Under the pieces are notes generated by a model. The model was not told where the DNA came from. It ran no database searches and saw nothing but the letters and a program-made list of their open reading frames with translations. A program made the translations under genes and the position numbers. Source: Octopus bimaculoides (taxonomy: Eukaryota). From it: a DNA stretch of 46,179 nt. Below are positions 22,864-36,570 of this stretch, piece by piece. The stretch's first letter is position 1. Every line of letters begins with the position of its first letter. The DNA lies in assembly GCF_001194135.2 (NCBI RefSeq), contig NC_068997.1, positions 14,773,391-14,819,569 of the forward strand, in the 5' to 3' direction.

Positions 22864-23084
22864 CAGACAGACAGACAGATAGATAAAGAGACAAGCAGGC
22901 AGGCAGGCTGGTTGGCTGGTAAGCCAGCTAACAGGCAGGCAATGATCTTTTGTTTAATTTCTAAAATGTAAGTTCCACTGGGAAAAAAAGACTTAAATGT
23001 CTCTGAACCTTAGTCACATCTAAATCATCAAAACTTTAATGTGCCCACCACCACTGAATAATATAAATAAATATTTTGTAACAT

Positions 23085-23245
23085 AGGCACAAGAGTGGCT
23101 GTGTGGTAAGTAGCTTGCTTAGCAGCCACATGATTCCGGGTTCAGTCCCACTGCATGGTACCATGGGCAAGTGTCTTCTACTATAGCCTCGGGCCGACCA
23201 AAGCCTTGTGAGTGGATTTGGTAGACGGAAACTGAAAGAATCCTA
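23085..23245 (+). mobile_element. SINE family A 5' half, followed by a (GGAC)/(GACA)/(GATA) tract
   Basis: gtggctgtgtggtaagtagcttgc...ccgggttcagtccc...ggcaagtgtcttctactatagcctcgggccgaccaaagcc. Confidence 0.9.
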
Positions 23246-23306
23246 AAAGTAAACAAATGTAATATATATGGACAGACGGATGGACAGACGGACGGACGGA
23301 CGGACG

Positions 23307-23348
<42 letters not shown>

Positions 23349-25039
23349 TAGATAGATAGATGGATAAATGATATAGAGGTCATAAATAAAAAGCAAGATT
23401 GATTTGCGACCATAATTTATCAAGATATAGAGAGGATCAATGAGAAAGTTCTCTGCTTGAAAAGCAAACATTTATTCAACAACACACCAACGAATGCCAA
23501 CTACTGGAATCATGTTGTATCTTTCATTATTCAATGGAGGTTTTTTGTGTGTGTGTGTGTTTTGCTACAGTGACTGAAATGAGTTCTGCTTCTCTAAATT
23601 TAATAATGCTTTGCCACCCTGGTTAAAGTTTATTCAAAGTACCTCCATCTTCTACAACCGCCGTGTTCCTTGACACGTAACACCTGTGAATGCTTTATTT
23701 CTTAAAACACGTCATTATAGCTAAATAACATGGCATATATATATATACATACATACATACATACATGCATACATACATATATATGTATATATATTCTCCC
23801 ATATGTATATATATATGTATATATATATGTATATATATATATATGTATATATGTATATATATATATATATATATATANNNNNNNNNNNNNNNNNNNNNNN
23901 NNNNNNNNNNNNNNNNNNNNNNNNNNNNNNNNNNNNNNNNNNNNNNNNNNNNNNNNNNNNNNNNNNNNNNNNNNNNNNNNNNNNNNNNNNNNNNNNNNNN
24001 NNNNNNNNNNNNNNNNNNNNNNNNNNNNNNNNNNNNNNNNNNNNNNNNNNNNNNNNNNNNNNCTGTCTTTATGCTTTGCTCTCTTCACGTTCCTTGCATG
24101 GCTCTTCTCCTGCACCTGATATAGTCCAATCAAGAGTTTTGATGGCACATCTGGTTTATAAGAGAATTTGACATCGCTGCCCTAAACTGTGTATACATAT
24201 ATACATATATACATATATACATATATACATATATTTACATACATCATACATGTATATGTATATATACATATATATGTATACACATGTACATATATATATC
24301 TACATATATACATACACATACATATACATGTACATATATGCATATAAAAATGTAGATATACATACATATAAATACATACATACACACACATATATATAAA
24401 GAGGGAGATAGATAGGTACATAGATAGATAGATAGGTAGATAGATAGATAATCAGATGTATGTGTATGTGTACGCAGCTAAGCAAAGAAAATAAAACATC
24501 TCTCCATAGATAAAAGACTAAGTAGACTTGCTCTTAAAAGTCAAACTGGATCTATGTGTTGATCAAGACAAAACTCGATACCATTGAAAATAAAAGAGAA
24601 AAAGAGAATACATTTAAGGGTATAGGAGAACAAAAAAACATTAAAAGAAGAAGCGAGACTCACTGGATTTATCTGTAAATACAGATACAACAAATAGTTT
24701 GATCTTTCAAAAACTAAAATTACTTTACTTTCTGCGTTCAAATCACTTCATAATCCAGTCCCAGAACAATCCGGTGAAATAATTGGGTGCTCTTCTTTTG
24801 TGTTCTTCCAGTATGAATTTCTGGCCTTCTGCCAATGTTAAAAACCAATATTAATTATTCTAATGCTGTTAAGATTAGAGATGGTAAAATATTGATGCTA
24901 ATTTTTGTATTTTCTTTCAATGATTTTTTTTTTACTTCAAATTGTATCAATGCTAATTTTGTCTTTTCTTTCATTTAATCTTTGCCATGCCTCTTATCAA
25001 CAAATTTATAGCCATGTGCCAAAGCTAGAAATCCTCCAC

Positions 25040-25234
25040 CTTCTCATCATCATCATCATCGTCGTCATCATCACCATCATCATCATCATCATCACCGTCA
25101 TCCTCTTCATTATCATCATGATCATAATCATAATCATCATCATGATTTTTATTATTATTGTTAATTGTTATTATTCACCACCCTGGATGGATAAGCCTTG
25201 TACTTGTGCTAGAAAAGATTATTACTATTATCAC

Positions 25235-25289
<55 letters not shown>

Positions 25290-25390
25290 TCTATTATTAT
25301 TGTTGTTATTATTATCATTATTATTAAGATCATTATTATTATCATTATCGTTATTATTATTAATACTGTTATTATTATTATCATCGTTAT
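25040..25390. repeat. (CAT)/(TAT) arrays
   Basis: Read directly. Confidence 0.9.
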
Positions 25391-25391
25391 T

Positions 25392-25700
25392 CTAAGACTG
25401 CAAGCTGGCAGAATCATTAGCACACCAAATAAAATGCTTAGGAGCATTTTGTCTGTCTTTACTTTCTGAGTTCAAATTCTACTGAGGTCGACTTTGCATT
25501 TCATCTTTTCGGAATCGATAAATTAAGTACCAGTTGCGTAGCAGCATTCTGTCTGTCTTTACATTCTGAGTTCAAAATTACAACACACGACAAGATCGAC
25601 TTTGCATTCCTCTTTTCAATTAACATAAGTACCAGTTGAATGCTGGGGGTCAATATAATCGATTACCCTACCTAACATTTCTGCTCTTATGCTAAAATCT
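25392..25700 (+). mobile_element. SINE family B with an internal duplication of the B-box/central segment
   Basis: gcatt(t/c)tgtctgtcttta...ttctgagttcaaa...tcgactttgcatt...aagtaccagttg occurs twice (about 25444-25538 and 25543-25640). Confidence 0.75.
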
Positions 25701-26559
25701 GACGACGACGATGATGATAATGATGAGGATGATGTAAATGTCATTAGCATATGTACTTCTGGTGTTGGGTGTTCATTTAGGATTCAATTGAGAATATTAT
25801 AATTAAAATTTATTACAAGGACAGCTTGAGTGTTGATTAAACTAAGACATCTATAACAGTCCTTTCTAACCCCTTACAGTGTGTATGTGTGTGTGTGTGT
25901 GCATGCGTTGTGCTGTACACTTCATTGATTCCTAAGCAATTGTTATATCTGTGTTTGTTGTAATTCTCTTATTTCTGTGTCTTTTTCTCATATGATATTA
26001 ATGTTCTTAATATTCCTCTCTTCAAAGCTGTCTTGGCACATTCTCCTAATCCAAATCTCGTATCAATTTTCCTAATAAATCTGTGTTATATATTTCCAGT
26101 TGTTTATTATTTGCAACATACAATTTGAGGCCGTCCATACACAAAAGACAGTCGACTGTCTTACCATAACAGTATCAGCATCTAGTCCTATTCAGCAACT
26201 CAGTTAAATGTACAAAGAACCATGCAAGGGAAAGAAAAAAAGAAAGAGACAGAAAGAGTGAGAGAGAGAGAGAGAAGGGGGGGGGGTTGAGGCAGAGAAG
26301 AGACAAGGAGACCCCTTTTGAATATTCCTCTTCTAATAAGGGTGAGCTTAGCTTTTATAATTCCCTCTTTTGTTCGTATGTACAGAATTATCTCCTCTTA
26401 GCTCAGAATGTGTCTTATTTATCTGTTTATCAATGTTGCTATCCTAGTCTTAGCTGATGCTTCCAGGGTCCACATGGGGAAAACACTGTCAAAAACCTTC
26501 AGCTAGTAACAGCCATGATTGGGAAGTGAGCTTCTTAACTGAAAATTAATGCTTGTGTC

Positions 26560-26610
<51 letters not shown>

Positions 26611-26828
26611 TAAGGTGGCAGAATCATTACTGCACTGAGCAAAATGCTTAGTGGTATTTCATCTGTCTTTATGTTCTGAGTTCAAATTCCACCAACGTCA
26701 ACTTTATCTTTCAACCCTATGGAGAGGGGGGGTCAATAAAATAAGTACCAGTTGTATACTGAGGTCGATGTAATCGACTATCCCCTCTCTCAAAATTTTC
26801 AAGCCTTGTGCCTTTAGTAGACAGGATT
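26611..26828 (+). mobile_element. SINE family B copy, tail type 2
   Basis: taaggtggcagaatcatt...gagttcaaattcc...aagtaccag...aagccttgtgcctttagtagacagg, then TTC/TTA repeats. Confidence 0.8.
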
Positions 26829-27338
26829 CTTCTTCTTCTTCTTCTTCTTCTTATTATTATTATTATTATTNNNNNNNNNNNNNNNNNNNNNNNNNNNNNN
26901 NNNNNNNNNNNNNNNNNNNNNNNNNNNNNNNNNNNNNNNNNNNNNNNNNNNNNNNNNNNNNNNNNNNNNNNNNNNNNNNNNNNNNNNNNNNNNNNNNNNN
27001 NNNNNNNNNNNNNNNNNNNNNNNNNNNNNNNNNNNNNNNNNNNNNNNNNNNNNNNNNNNNNNNNNNNNNNNNNNNNNNNNNNNNNNNNNNNNNNNNNNNN
27101 NNNNNNNNNNNNNNNNNNNNNNNNNNNNNNNNNNNNNNNNNNNNNNNNNNNNNNNNNNNNNNNNNCCACCACACCTCTCTCAATTTCAAACATGGACATA
27201 GTTCCAGAATACATTATTCAATCAGTCCCTCTTGTTGCATGTCTGTAGGACATAATTTAAGGGAAATTCAGTTGGTATTTTCACCAGGCCGACTGACCAT
27301 GTTGTAGCTGTAACAACACCAAAACACTTTTTCTTGTA

Positions 27339-27339
<1 letters not shown>

Positions 27340-27376
<37 letters not shown>

Positions 27377-27445
27377 TGTGTGTGTTGTGTGTGTGTGTGT
27401 GTGTGTGTGTGTTGTGTGTGTGTGTGTGTGTGTGTCGTGTGTGTA
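27340..27445. repeat. (GT)n microsatellite
   Basis: Read directly. Confidence 0.95.
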
Positions 27446-30267
27446 TCTATGAATATCCGAAATTAAACTTAAGTCTTTATTTAAGGTGTTGGAGTAAGAA
27501 CTAACTCCATGTATACCTCACATACTTCACACATATTCTGAAGTACACACACACAAACATACACATACACTCATACACACACACACACACACACATACAC
27601 ATATACTTTTGTTTGCCAATAGAGAAAGGAGAGAGAAAGAATACACACACATAGAAAATCTCAGATAGGAAAACCATAAATTTCCTTTCGTTTCAATGTA
27701 CTTTTGTTCTTGACAGAAAATTATATAATAATTAAATGAACAATTAGATATTATCTAAGGTCTATAGACATATTAGCAATCATAATTTCTAACTTTGGTA
27801 CAAGCCTACATATTTGTTAAAACGACCACATATTTGTGTTTGTGTGTGTGTAATTGTGTGTATATGTGTGTGTGTACGTGTATGCATGTGTATTTATTTA
27901 TTTGTTTCTACTCCAACTTTCCTACATTAAAAATTACGAAAACAACAATAAGAATAAATTTAACAAATGGTGATAATTTTTTTGTCTTTCTCTGCTAAAT
28001 GATATATTGTATCAATACCAGTGTTGAATAAAATCTAAAAATAAAGTAAATTTGGAACTAAATTCTAAACAAACTGAAAGCACAATAGACGATTCTTGAT
28101 TGGTTAAGAATTCTATGTATTTTGGTCTTGTTGACACACAAATGGCTGCTTTAACTTCAGCTATAATTGATCTTCAAACACAACTGCAACAGTAGGAATA
28201 ATGAAAATAATAACAAGTAATTTTTAAAAAATTTTCCTTTGTATCTCTAACTCTTTCACACACCCTCTTTCTTGCTGTCTTTTATTCCACTTTTTTTTTT
28301 TCCATCAAAAGAATATTTGAGGAACTTTTGAAGAATTTAATGTTTGATGTAATTTAAAATGAGATATTATTTATAATTAAACTATTTAAAAAGAAAAAAA
28401 AAGAAAAGGAAATGGTAAAAACATCTTGTGAGAATTTTCTATAAATTATTGTCATCTGTGTTATATTCTATGTTTGTATGTATCGGAGATATGTATGTAC
28501 ATATGTTTGTATGTATGTATGAGTGTGTGTGTGTAGAAAAGTATATGTGCATCTCTACTGACAAACACACTCGTACACAGACACATGCGTAGACATATAT
28601 AAACAAACACAGCTTGTGCATGAGCATATAAATGAGAGTGAAGTTGGAGTTGATTCATTAACTTGTATTTTTCGTTGTCTATTCAAGCTTTCTATCTCAA
28701 TACAAAACTGCTTATTAGTGAAGAAGTGTTTGTTTTGGTGTTCGAGAAAGAGTAAGAAGTATGTATGCGGAGTGGGGGGGGGGTAGCGGTGCAGATTGTC
28801 ATATGCTTTTTTCCTTATAGTTTTACATATATATTTTTTTCTTTTTTTGTTTTTGTATATTGTCTTTATTTATATATCTATTTATTGTAGTATGGTTTTC
28901 TTTTGTCTTTTGTGAGTTTGTATTCCTTGTAATCGATGGCAGATGCTTGATAAATACCTTCAACTAAGCAATCAGTGAAATTCTGTCACTTAACAAAAGG
29001 TGTTCAGGAATGCATGATGTTGGCGTCCTGGGAACAAAAGAAAAAGGTCAAAGTTCGGTACTATTTCTTGTCATTATTTCGTAAAGGTTGTTAGGTTTTC
29101 CAGCAGTGTTCTCCATTCTTGTTGCTTTTGTTTTCATTGTAACAGTTGTTTTTCTTGTTGCTGCTGTGTATATAATTGCTGTTGTTATTTTGTTGTTACT
29201 GTAACAGCCACTGTACAAATTCTCATTACATTTGTTTGTCTTGGTGCTTTTATTTCTGATAAACTTCAGTTGGTTTTCTTAGATTTTTCTCCTTTTGTTT
29301 GCTTATATAACATTGAGTTCCTCGCTGGTTTCTATTGCATATATTATTTGCAGTTTCTCATTACAGCTGTTGTTACAGTTTCTCATTATATATGTTGTTG
29401 TCATTTTGTTTGTTGTTGTAAAAAAGTGAAGACAGTATAAATTCTTATAATAAGAGACAAAAATGGATAAATATCATTTATCTCCTGTACTTGAGAGAAA
29501 AAAATAGTATTAAATTAGGGATCTTTTGTGACCGAGAACATTAGCAACTAAAATGAGTTAAATTTTATATCTTTTGTCACCAGTATTATCCATCAATAGG
29601 AGATCAGTTGCATTGAGTTTCCTGGATGTTGTGACATTCATGCCTTTCCTCAAGAACATTAGCAGCTAAAGTAAAAAGACAATTGGAAGTAAAAACCTTG
29701 AACCAAAACAATCTTAAGTGCTTCTACTACAATCTTAACAGTATTTCCTACAATTTCCCATATATCCTCCCGTGATTCTTTCCAATATATCTAGGGATTA
29801 ATATCTATGTAAAACAGGGTTGGGGAAACTTCTAAGTGTGGCGGGCAAAAATCCTTTTAAAAAAAAGGTCCGCAAGTGGATCGCAAGTTCTAACTCTTAT
29901 ATCTGTGTAGGTCTTCTATATATCTACGTATAATTCGATATACATTAATAAAGATAAGTCTAAGACATTAAACTAACTTGTAACATCTTTATTAATGCCG
30001 CCACTGAATTTAGGACGTTTATATTACTTATGAGCTATTCTACATTTTTCAGCTAGAGTGGAATTGGGTCTCAAATATTTTATGCACCCTGTTTATATAT
30101 ATATATATATGTATGTATGTATATACTGAGAATACTTAGATAGATAGATAGGAGGGTGAATAGATGGGTAGATGGACAGACAGATAGATAGACACACCAC
30201 ATCACACATATTCTATATATATATTTATATATATTAAAACGTAAAATGAAAACAGAACACAAAGGAT

Positions 30268-30372
30268 TCTGCGGTACACGTGTTTCAAGCTTGATACACA
30301 AGCTGTCGTTGCATCATTATATGAGTATATAATTGATAGAAAGGATGGTTTAAAGCTATCTTCAGCTGCAAA
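30268..30372 (-). ncRNA. Candidate type I hammerhead ribozyme (Penelope-like-element type)
   Basis: Minus strand: stem I UUUGCAG/CCGCAGA (6 of 7 paired), core CUGAAGA, stem II AGCUU/AAGCU closed by a U-U, GAAA, palindromic stem III ACACGUGU, cleavage triplet GUA. Confidence 0.65.
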
Positions 30373-30519
30373 CATTTTCAGTCCCAAGATTACATCACAA
30401 AGAAAAAATCACAAGGAAAAAAGAAAAAGAGAGAGAAAAAGGAAAAGTCCACTTAGTATTATCCATTGTAATATTATATATAGGGAGAATTCACAAAAAA
30501 AAACAAAAGATGAAGACAG

Positions 30520-30900
30520 GTGGTGTAGAAAACAAATAGATGTATTAGTATAACGATTGGGAATTGAAAAAGTCTTTAACATTTCGAGCCTATGCTCTTC
30601 TACAGAAAAGAACACAGAAAGAAACAAGGAGATAAAAAAAATGTGTGTAGTGGGTAGCGATCTATCATGGCAAATGCCCGACAGAAGGGTCACACAGGAG
30701 AGCTAAGAAGAAGGGGAGATTACATAGTAGTAGTGATCCCAAAACGAAGGTGTGCGTGTGTGTGTAAGAGAATATGTACGTGCATGTGAAAGAGGGCTGG
30801 TGATCTTGACATGTGTGTGTATGTGTAGGTGTGAAAATGTGGGAATGAGAATTGGTCAGTGCTAGTGTGTGCGAGGTGGCGTGCTGTGATGTGATGTGTT
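30520..30900 (-). mobile_element. Probable Penelope-like element terminal fragment with a degenerate hammerhead-like motif at 30572-30612
   Basis: Minus strand ctgtagaa-gagc-atag-gctc-gaaatgttaaag resembles the ctgaNga(a)-stem-cgaaacgt motif of PLE termini; no PLE coding sequence seen. Confidence 0.4.
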
Positions 30901-30934
30901 GGGTGGTATGGTGTAGTATCTACATACATATATG

Positions 30935-30965
<31 letters not shown>

Positions 30966-32049
30966 GCACACACACTCACACATATATATATATATATCAA
31001 TATTTTATAATATATATATATATACTGGCTATGTTTAGAATCTGAAAGTCAGATTCTGAAACATGGTTCCAACTCACATATTTGCTATGTCACAGCCTCA
31101 TACATATATACTATAAGTATACATCAGCAAATTAGGAATGCACGTATATGCATGTACATGCACACACACGCTCCATTCTAAAATCTGTGATTGTTCTATA
31201 ATCAACATTAATCAGATTAGACATGTAAAACTTATACTTTAGAAGAACTTTAAAAAATTACACATATTTGCAAGGATGAAATCATGAACATTCTCATTCT
31301 TTGGTAAACCAACAAAATTGTTTATAATTTTGTCTTCGAAATTGGTCAACAAATTTTTATAACCTATATACTTCAAGGTCTACTTTGTCATCAAATTTTT
31401 ATAGAACAAATCATTTTGAATTTAGCCAATAAAAGAACCCTGCAACTAAGACCCCATGATCATAAATAATAATCCAAGCAAGATAAACTGATTTATTTTT
31501 CACGTGGCAGAAAGTCAGGTTTGCTAGGAATGACTCTTGTACATTACTTGTATTTATTTTATTGATCCTTGAGGGAGGGAAAGCAAAGTCAACACTGTAA
31601 GAAGACCGAATAATATAACAGGTGAGACATTTAATTCAACTCTCTATCGTTCCAGCCAACTCACTGCCATTATAAAAATTACTACTAACAAATGCATGTA
31701 TGTAAACATTATGATTCAAAGAAAAATGCAGAACATCTAGCAAGATTCCAAAAACACATCTACTGCAGATGGGACATACATTCCAATTATTACATTTTGG
31801 AGATATTCCTTCAGACTAGCAGGTTAGTAGAAATAGAAACTAAGAAAACTAATGACTTTCTTTAATTAACTCTTAGAATTCAACATTTCAAGTTCAAATC
31901 CTTTTTGGTTGACATTATTTTTCATTCTAGGTAAAGGATTGATGGATTAAGCACCAGTGAATAGATTATGGTCAGCTCAATTAAGGACGAAACATTTGGC
32001 TGGATGGTTTAGGGAAAAAAAAACTAAAACACACACACACACACAGAGA

Positions 32050-32326
<277 letters not shown>

Positions 32327-32499
32327 ACTTCCACACAGTTTCTATGTACCAATTGCATGCACAAAACACCTGAAGAGATACATCTGCACCTTCAGATGCC
32401 CCTGAACCAGTTGTTAAGTATCTCACCCGAGAGAGACCAATCATAGTGATTAATAAAAATTCATCTATCTTCCATTTTCCATCTCTCATTAATCAAATG

Positions 32500-32760
32500 T
32501 GTGTGTGTCTGTGTGTGTTTCTGTCTTTGTGTCTGTGTTTGACCCCACCAACAGCACTGATGGACAACAGTGTTTGTCTGTTTACATTCCTCAGAGATTA
32601 GCGGTTCACTAAAAGTAACCAACAGAATAAGAACCAGGTTTAAAAAAACAAAAAAAAAAAAAAAATTTTGCGGTTGATTGTTTCCACTAAAAATTCCTTC
32701 CAATGTGTTGCCCCAGCATGGTCACAGTCAAATGACTGAAACAAGCATAAGATAAACGAT
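32500..32760 (+). mobile_element. SINE family A 3' half, diverged
   Basis: gattagcggttcactaaaag...cagaataagaaccagg...ccccagcatggtcacagtcaaatgactgaaacaag. Confidence 0.75.
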
Positions 32761-34424
32761 AAAAGATCTAATACACTTCACTGGCCAAAAAATTTCTATA
32801 GAGCAGCAGGAATTACAATAAATAAAAAAAAAAATAAATAGCAGACAAAATGTTTATGTTTTTGGGGACATTATCAAACGTTAACTTTCTTATACTGATT
32901 ATTGGTGTAGCTAAATTAATGGCCCATTCATGGTGATGTGGCATTATGAATGCCTTTAGTAAGGCTTGAACCTACCTATGTATTTATGGATCCCGCAAAT
33001 AAGAGTAAAAACAATCCCTACATCAGAGAGATTGCATTAAAACCGAAATTAGGGAAAGGAGAGGAAAGGATAAAAGCTTGGCGAAAATGAAAAGCAATAT
33101 CTCACAATACTCCGAAAACTGTTTTGGTTATGGTTGTATGACAAAATGAGCAATAAACTGATCATAATGATTCTGATGATAGATGATAATGATGACGATG
33201 ACGACGATGATGACGACGACGATGGTGATGATGATGATGGGGATGATGATGCCGATGCTGACGATAATTCAAACTCATTCACATTATATATTCATTGTCA
33301 GTTATTTATATATTCATTGTATGTTAGCTGTTTGCATGTATGCACGTTCGAGTGTTGTGCTAAAAACATATGTAAATATATGTAAATTTTTGCAGCTACA
33401 TTGTTGCTCACACTGACAAAACATTGCATTGTTATGTTATGAATATCTGCTTTGAATTATGGGAGAATGACAAATACACACAAGAACACATACGGAAAAA
33501 TCACTCACAACCCCCCCCCCCACGCACGCACACACATGCTCACACACACACTCACACTCACACACACACACATATATACTTACTCGTTCATATATTTATA
33601 CACACTGACACTCACCACACTCCTACAGATATATATATATACATATATACACATATATATACACACATATATACATACATAGAGAAGGAAAGAGAAGAGT
33701 GGGATCTCCATCTACAGATTTGCATAAATAACAAGCAAATAAACTTATTTTTCCGATAATTAAAGGTGCCCGCAATCTGCTATGTGATAAATAACACCAT
33801 TACTTAGAGGGTGAAACACAAAACCAATAATTCATAGTTATGGAAACATAAGGAGATGCAGNNNNNNNNNNNNNNNNNNNNNNNNNNNNNNNNNNNNNNN
33901 NNNNNNNNNNNNNNNNNNNNNNNNNNNNNNNNNNNNNNNNNNNNNNNNNNNNNNNNNNNNNNNNNNNNNNNNNNNNNNNNNNNNNNNNNNNNNNNNNNNN
34001 NNNNNNNNNNNNNNNNNNNNNNNNNNNNNNNNNNNNNNNNNNNNNNNNNNNNNNNNNNNNNNNNNNNNNNNNNNNNNNNNNNNNNNNNNNNNNNNNNNNN
34101 NNNNNNNNNNNNNNNNNNNNNNNNNNNNNNNNNNNNNNNNNNNNNNNNNNNNNNNNNNNNNNNNNNNNNNNNNNNNNNNNNNNNNNNNNNNNNNNNNNNN
34201 NNNNNNNNNNNNNNNNNNNNNNNNNNNNNNNNNNNNNNNNNNNNNNNNNNNNNNNNNNNNNNNNNNNNNNNNNNNNNNNNNNNNNNNNNNNNNNNNNNNN
34301 NNNNNNNNNNNNNNNNNNNNNNNNNNNNNNNNNNNNNNNNNNNNNNNNNNNNNNNNNNNNNNNNNNNNNNNNNNNNNNNNNNNNNNNNNNNNNNNNNNNN
34401 NNNNNNNNNNNNNNNNNNNNNNNN

Positions 34425-34467
<43 letters not shown>

Positions 34468-34913
34468 CATATATACACATATATATACACACATATATAC
34501 ATACATAGAGAAGGAAAGAGAAGAGTGGGATCTCCATCTACAGATTTGCATAAATAACAAGCAAATAAACTTATTTTTCCGATAATTAAAGGTGCCCGCA
34601 ATCTGCTATGTGATAAATAACACCATTACTTAGAGGGTGAAACACAAAACCAATAATTCATAGTTATGGAAACATAAGGAGATGCAGCAGAAAGTCTTCA
34701 GGACATTTTCGCTTAATTCTCCAATTTTCATTCCATTCTCTGCTATTTATTTATCGTCTTTTAGTCTTACTGCTCTAGTTGTTGGTTCAATACTCAGCAA
34801 ATGTCTATCAATGGCAGCATTTGCATTTTTTTCTTTTATACAAGTTGCTAGGTGGTGTTTGCATACAGCATACAGATTCATAACTGTGCTTGTTTGTATA
34901 TACTTACGTGCAA

Positions 34914-34952
<39 letters not shown>

Positions 34953-36221
34953 TGTGCGTGTGCGCATGTGTAGGTGTGTGTGCACATATAAATGTGTTTG
35001 TATGTGTGTGAACAGACAAACACATATAAACGTATATATGCATACATATATATATATATTCTTGGTAGTATATTATGGGTGCAAAACGAAATAAGGTGTC
35101 CCTAACAGCAACATATATATATATATATATATTATAATATATATATATATTATATATATATATATNNNNNNNNNNNNNNNNNNNNNNNNNNNNNNNNNNN
35201 NNNNNNNNNNNNNNNNNNNNNNNNNNNNNNNNNNNNNNNNNNNNNNNNNNNNNNNNNNNNNNNNNNNNNNNNNNNNNNNNNNNNNNNNNNNNNNNNNNNN
35301 NNNNNNNNNNNNNNNNNNNNNNNNNNNNNNNNNNNNNNNNNNNNNNNNNNNNNNNNNNNNNNNNNNNNNNNNNNNNNNNNNNNNNNNNNNNNNNNNNNNN
35401 NNNNNNNNNNNNNNNNNNNNNNNNNNNNNNNNNNNNNNNNNNNNNNNNNNNNNNNNNNNNNNNNNNNNNNNNNNNNNNNNNNNNNNNNNNNNNNNNNNNN
35501 NNNNNNNNNNNNNNNNNNNNNNNNNNNNNNNNNNNNNNNNNNNNNNNNNNNNNNNNNNNNNNNNNNNNNNNNNNNNNNNNNNNNNNNNNNNNNNNNNNNN
35601 NNNNNNNNNNNNTATATATATATATATATATGTCTATAAATGTATGCCTGTGTGTACCTATGCATTTGTGAGCACTTAGACACAAACACACAACACATAA
35701 TCATGAAACTGTTAAAACTTTACCCTCATGTGTATAACGAATACACACATAAAAAAAAACACTTACATGCAACCATTGTCAGACATTAGTCCCTGTTTCT
35801 TGTCTGTTTTTCTATTTTTGCTTCGCCGTTTGTTTTTTTTTTTTTTTTAACAAATTGGCATATTTTGCGTCAATCTGCATTGCAGCAATATGTTTGCATA
35901 TCGAAATCATATATAGGAAAATTTCTTCCTGGAATTTCTTTGGTCCTTTACCACTACCAAAGTTAGCATTCATGTCACAGACTCGCATCACACTTCAGAC
36001 AAATAAGCAAAACCTCTTTACGTCGTAATGTCCGTATCACTGCCTTCATCAGCCACTCAAAATCTCTCCACCTGCTTTCTCATCTTCCTTACATTTAAAC
36101 TGCACCATGAGTTAACTTTAACAGGTTAAATCTGATTCTTCCTTCTGCAGACATTTGACATTATATTCTCTCTCTACACACACATAAACCATATTTTCTA
36201 TTTATATATTTTTTTGGTACA

Positions 36222-36570
36222 TGGTGCCATGTAAAAAGCACCTCTATTGGCATCACATAGAATACTCTCATGTTGGAGTCACATAGAAAGCACTTGTGCT
36301 GGTGCCATGTTTCAAGTAAAGGTGTTGGTTCCACATATAAAGCACTGATGCTACTGCCACTTAAAAACACCCAATACACTCTGTAAAGTGGCTGGTGTTA
36401 GGAAGGGTGTCCAGCTGTAGAATCCAGGCAAAAACAGATGATTGGAGCCTGGTGCAGCTTGCCAGCGAATATCAAGCTGTCCAACCCATGACAGCATGGA
36501 AAACGGATGTTAAATGATGATGATGGTGGTGGTATTGGCGGTGATGATGATGATGATGATAATGATGCAT
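36222..36570 (+). mobile_element. RTE LINE 3' end with an expanded short-period 3' UTR repeat
   Basis: About six ca(c/t)(g/a)taaaaagcac-like units, gttaggaagggtgtccag, catggaaaacggatgttaaatgatgatg. Confidence 0.8.

Noticed and set aside
29570-29690. Minus-strand acceptor cttttactttag with open frame LLMFLRKGMNVTTSRKLNATDLLLMDNT
   Set aside because: Weak donor and no recognisable homology
29813-30005. cagggttggggaaactt resembling a hAT-type TIR
   Set aside because: No convincing matching inverted end or 8-bp TSD found
9885-32000. Very decayed SINE B traces (about 9885-9985, 12875-12940, 31545-31595 minus, 31885-31960)
   Set aside because: Similarity is patchy by eye, so they were not listed as features
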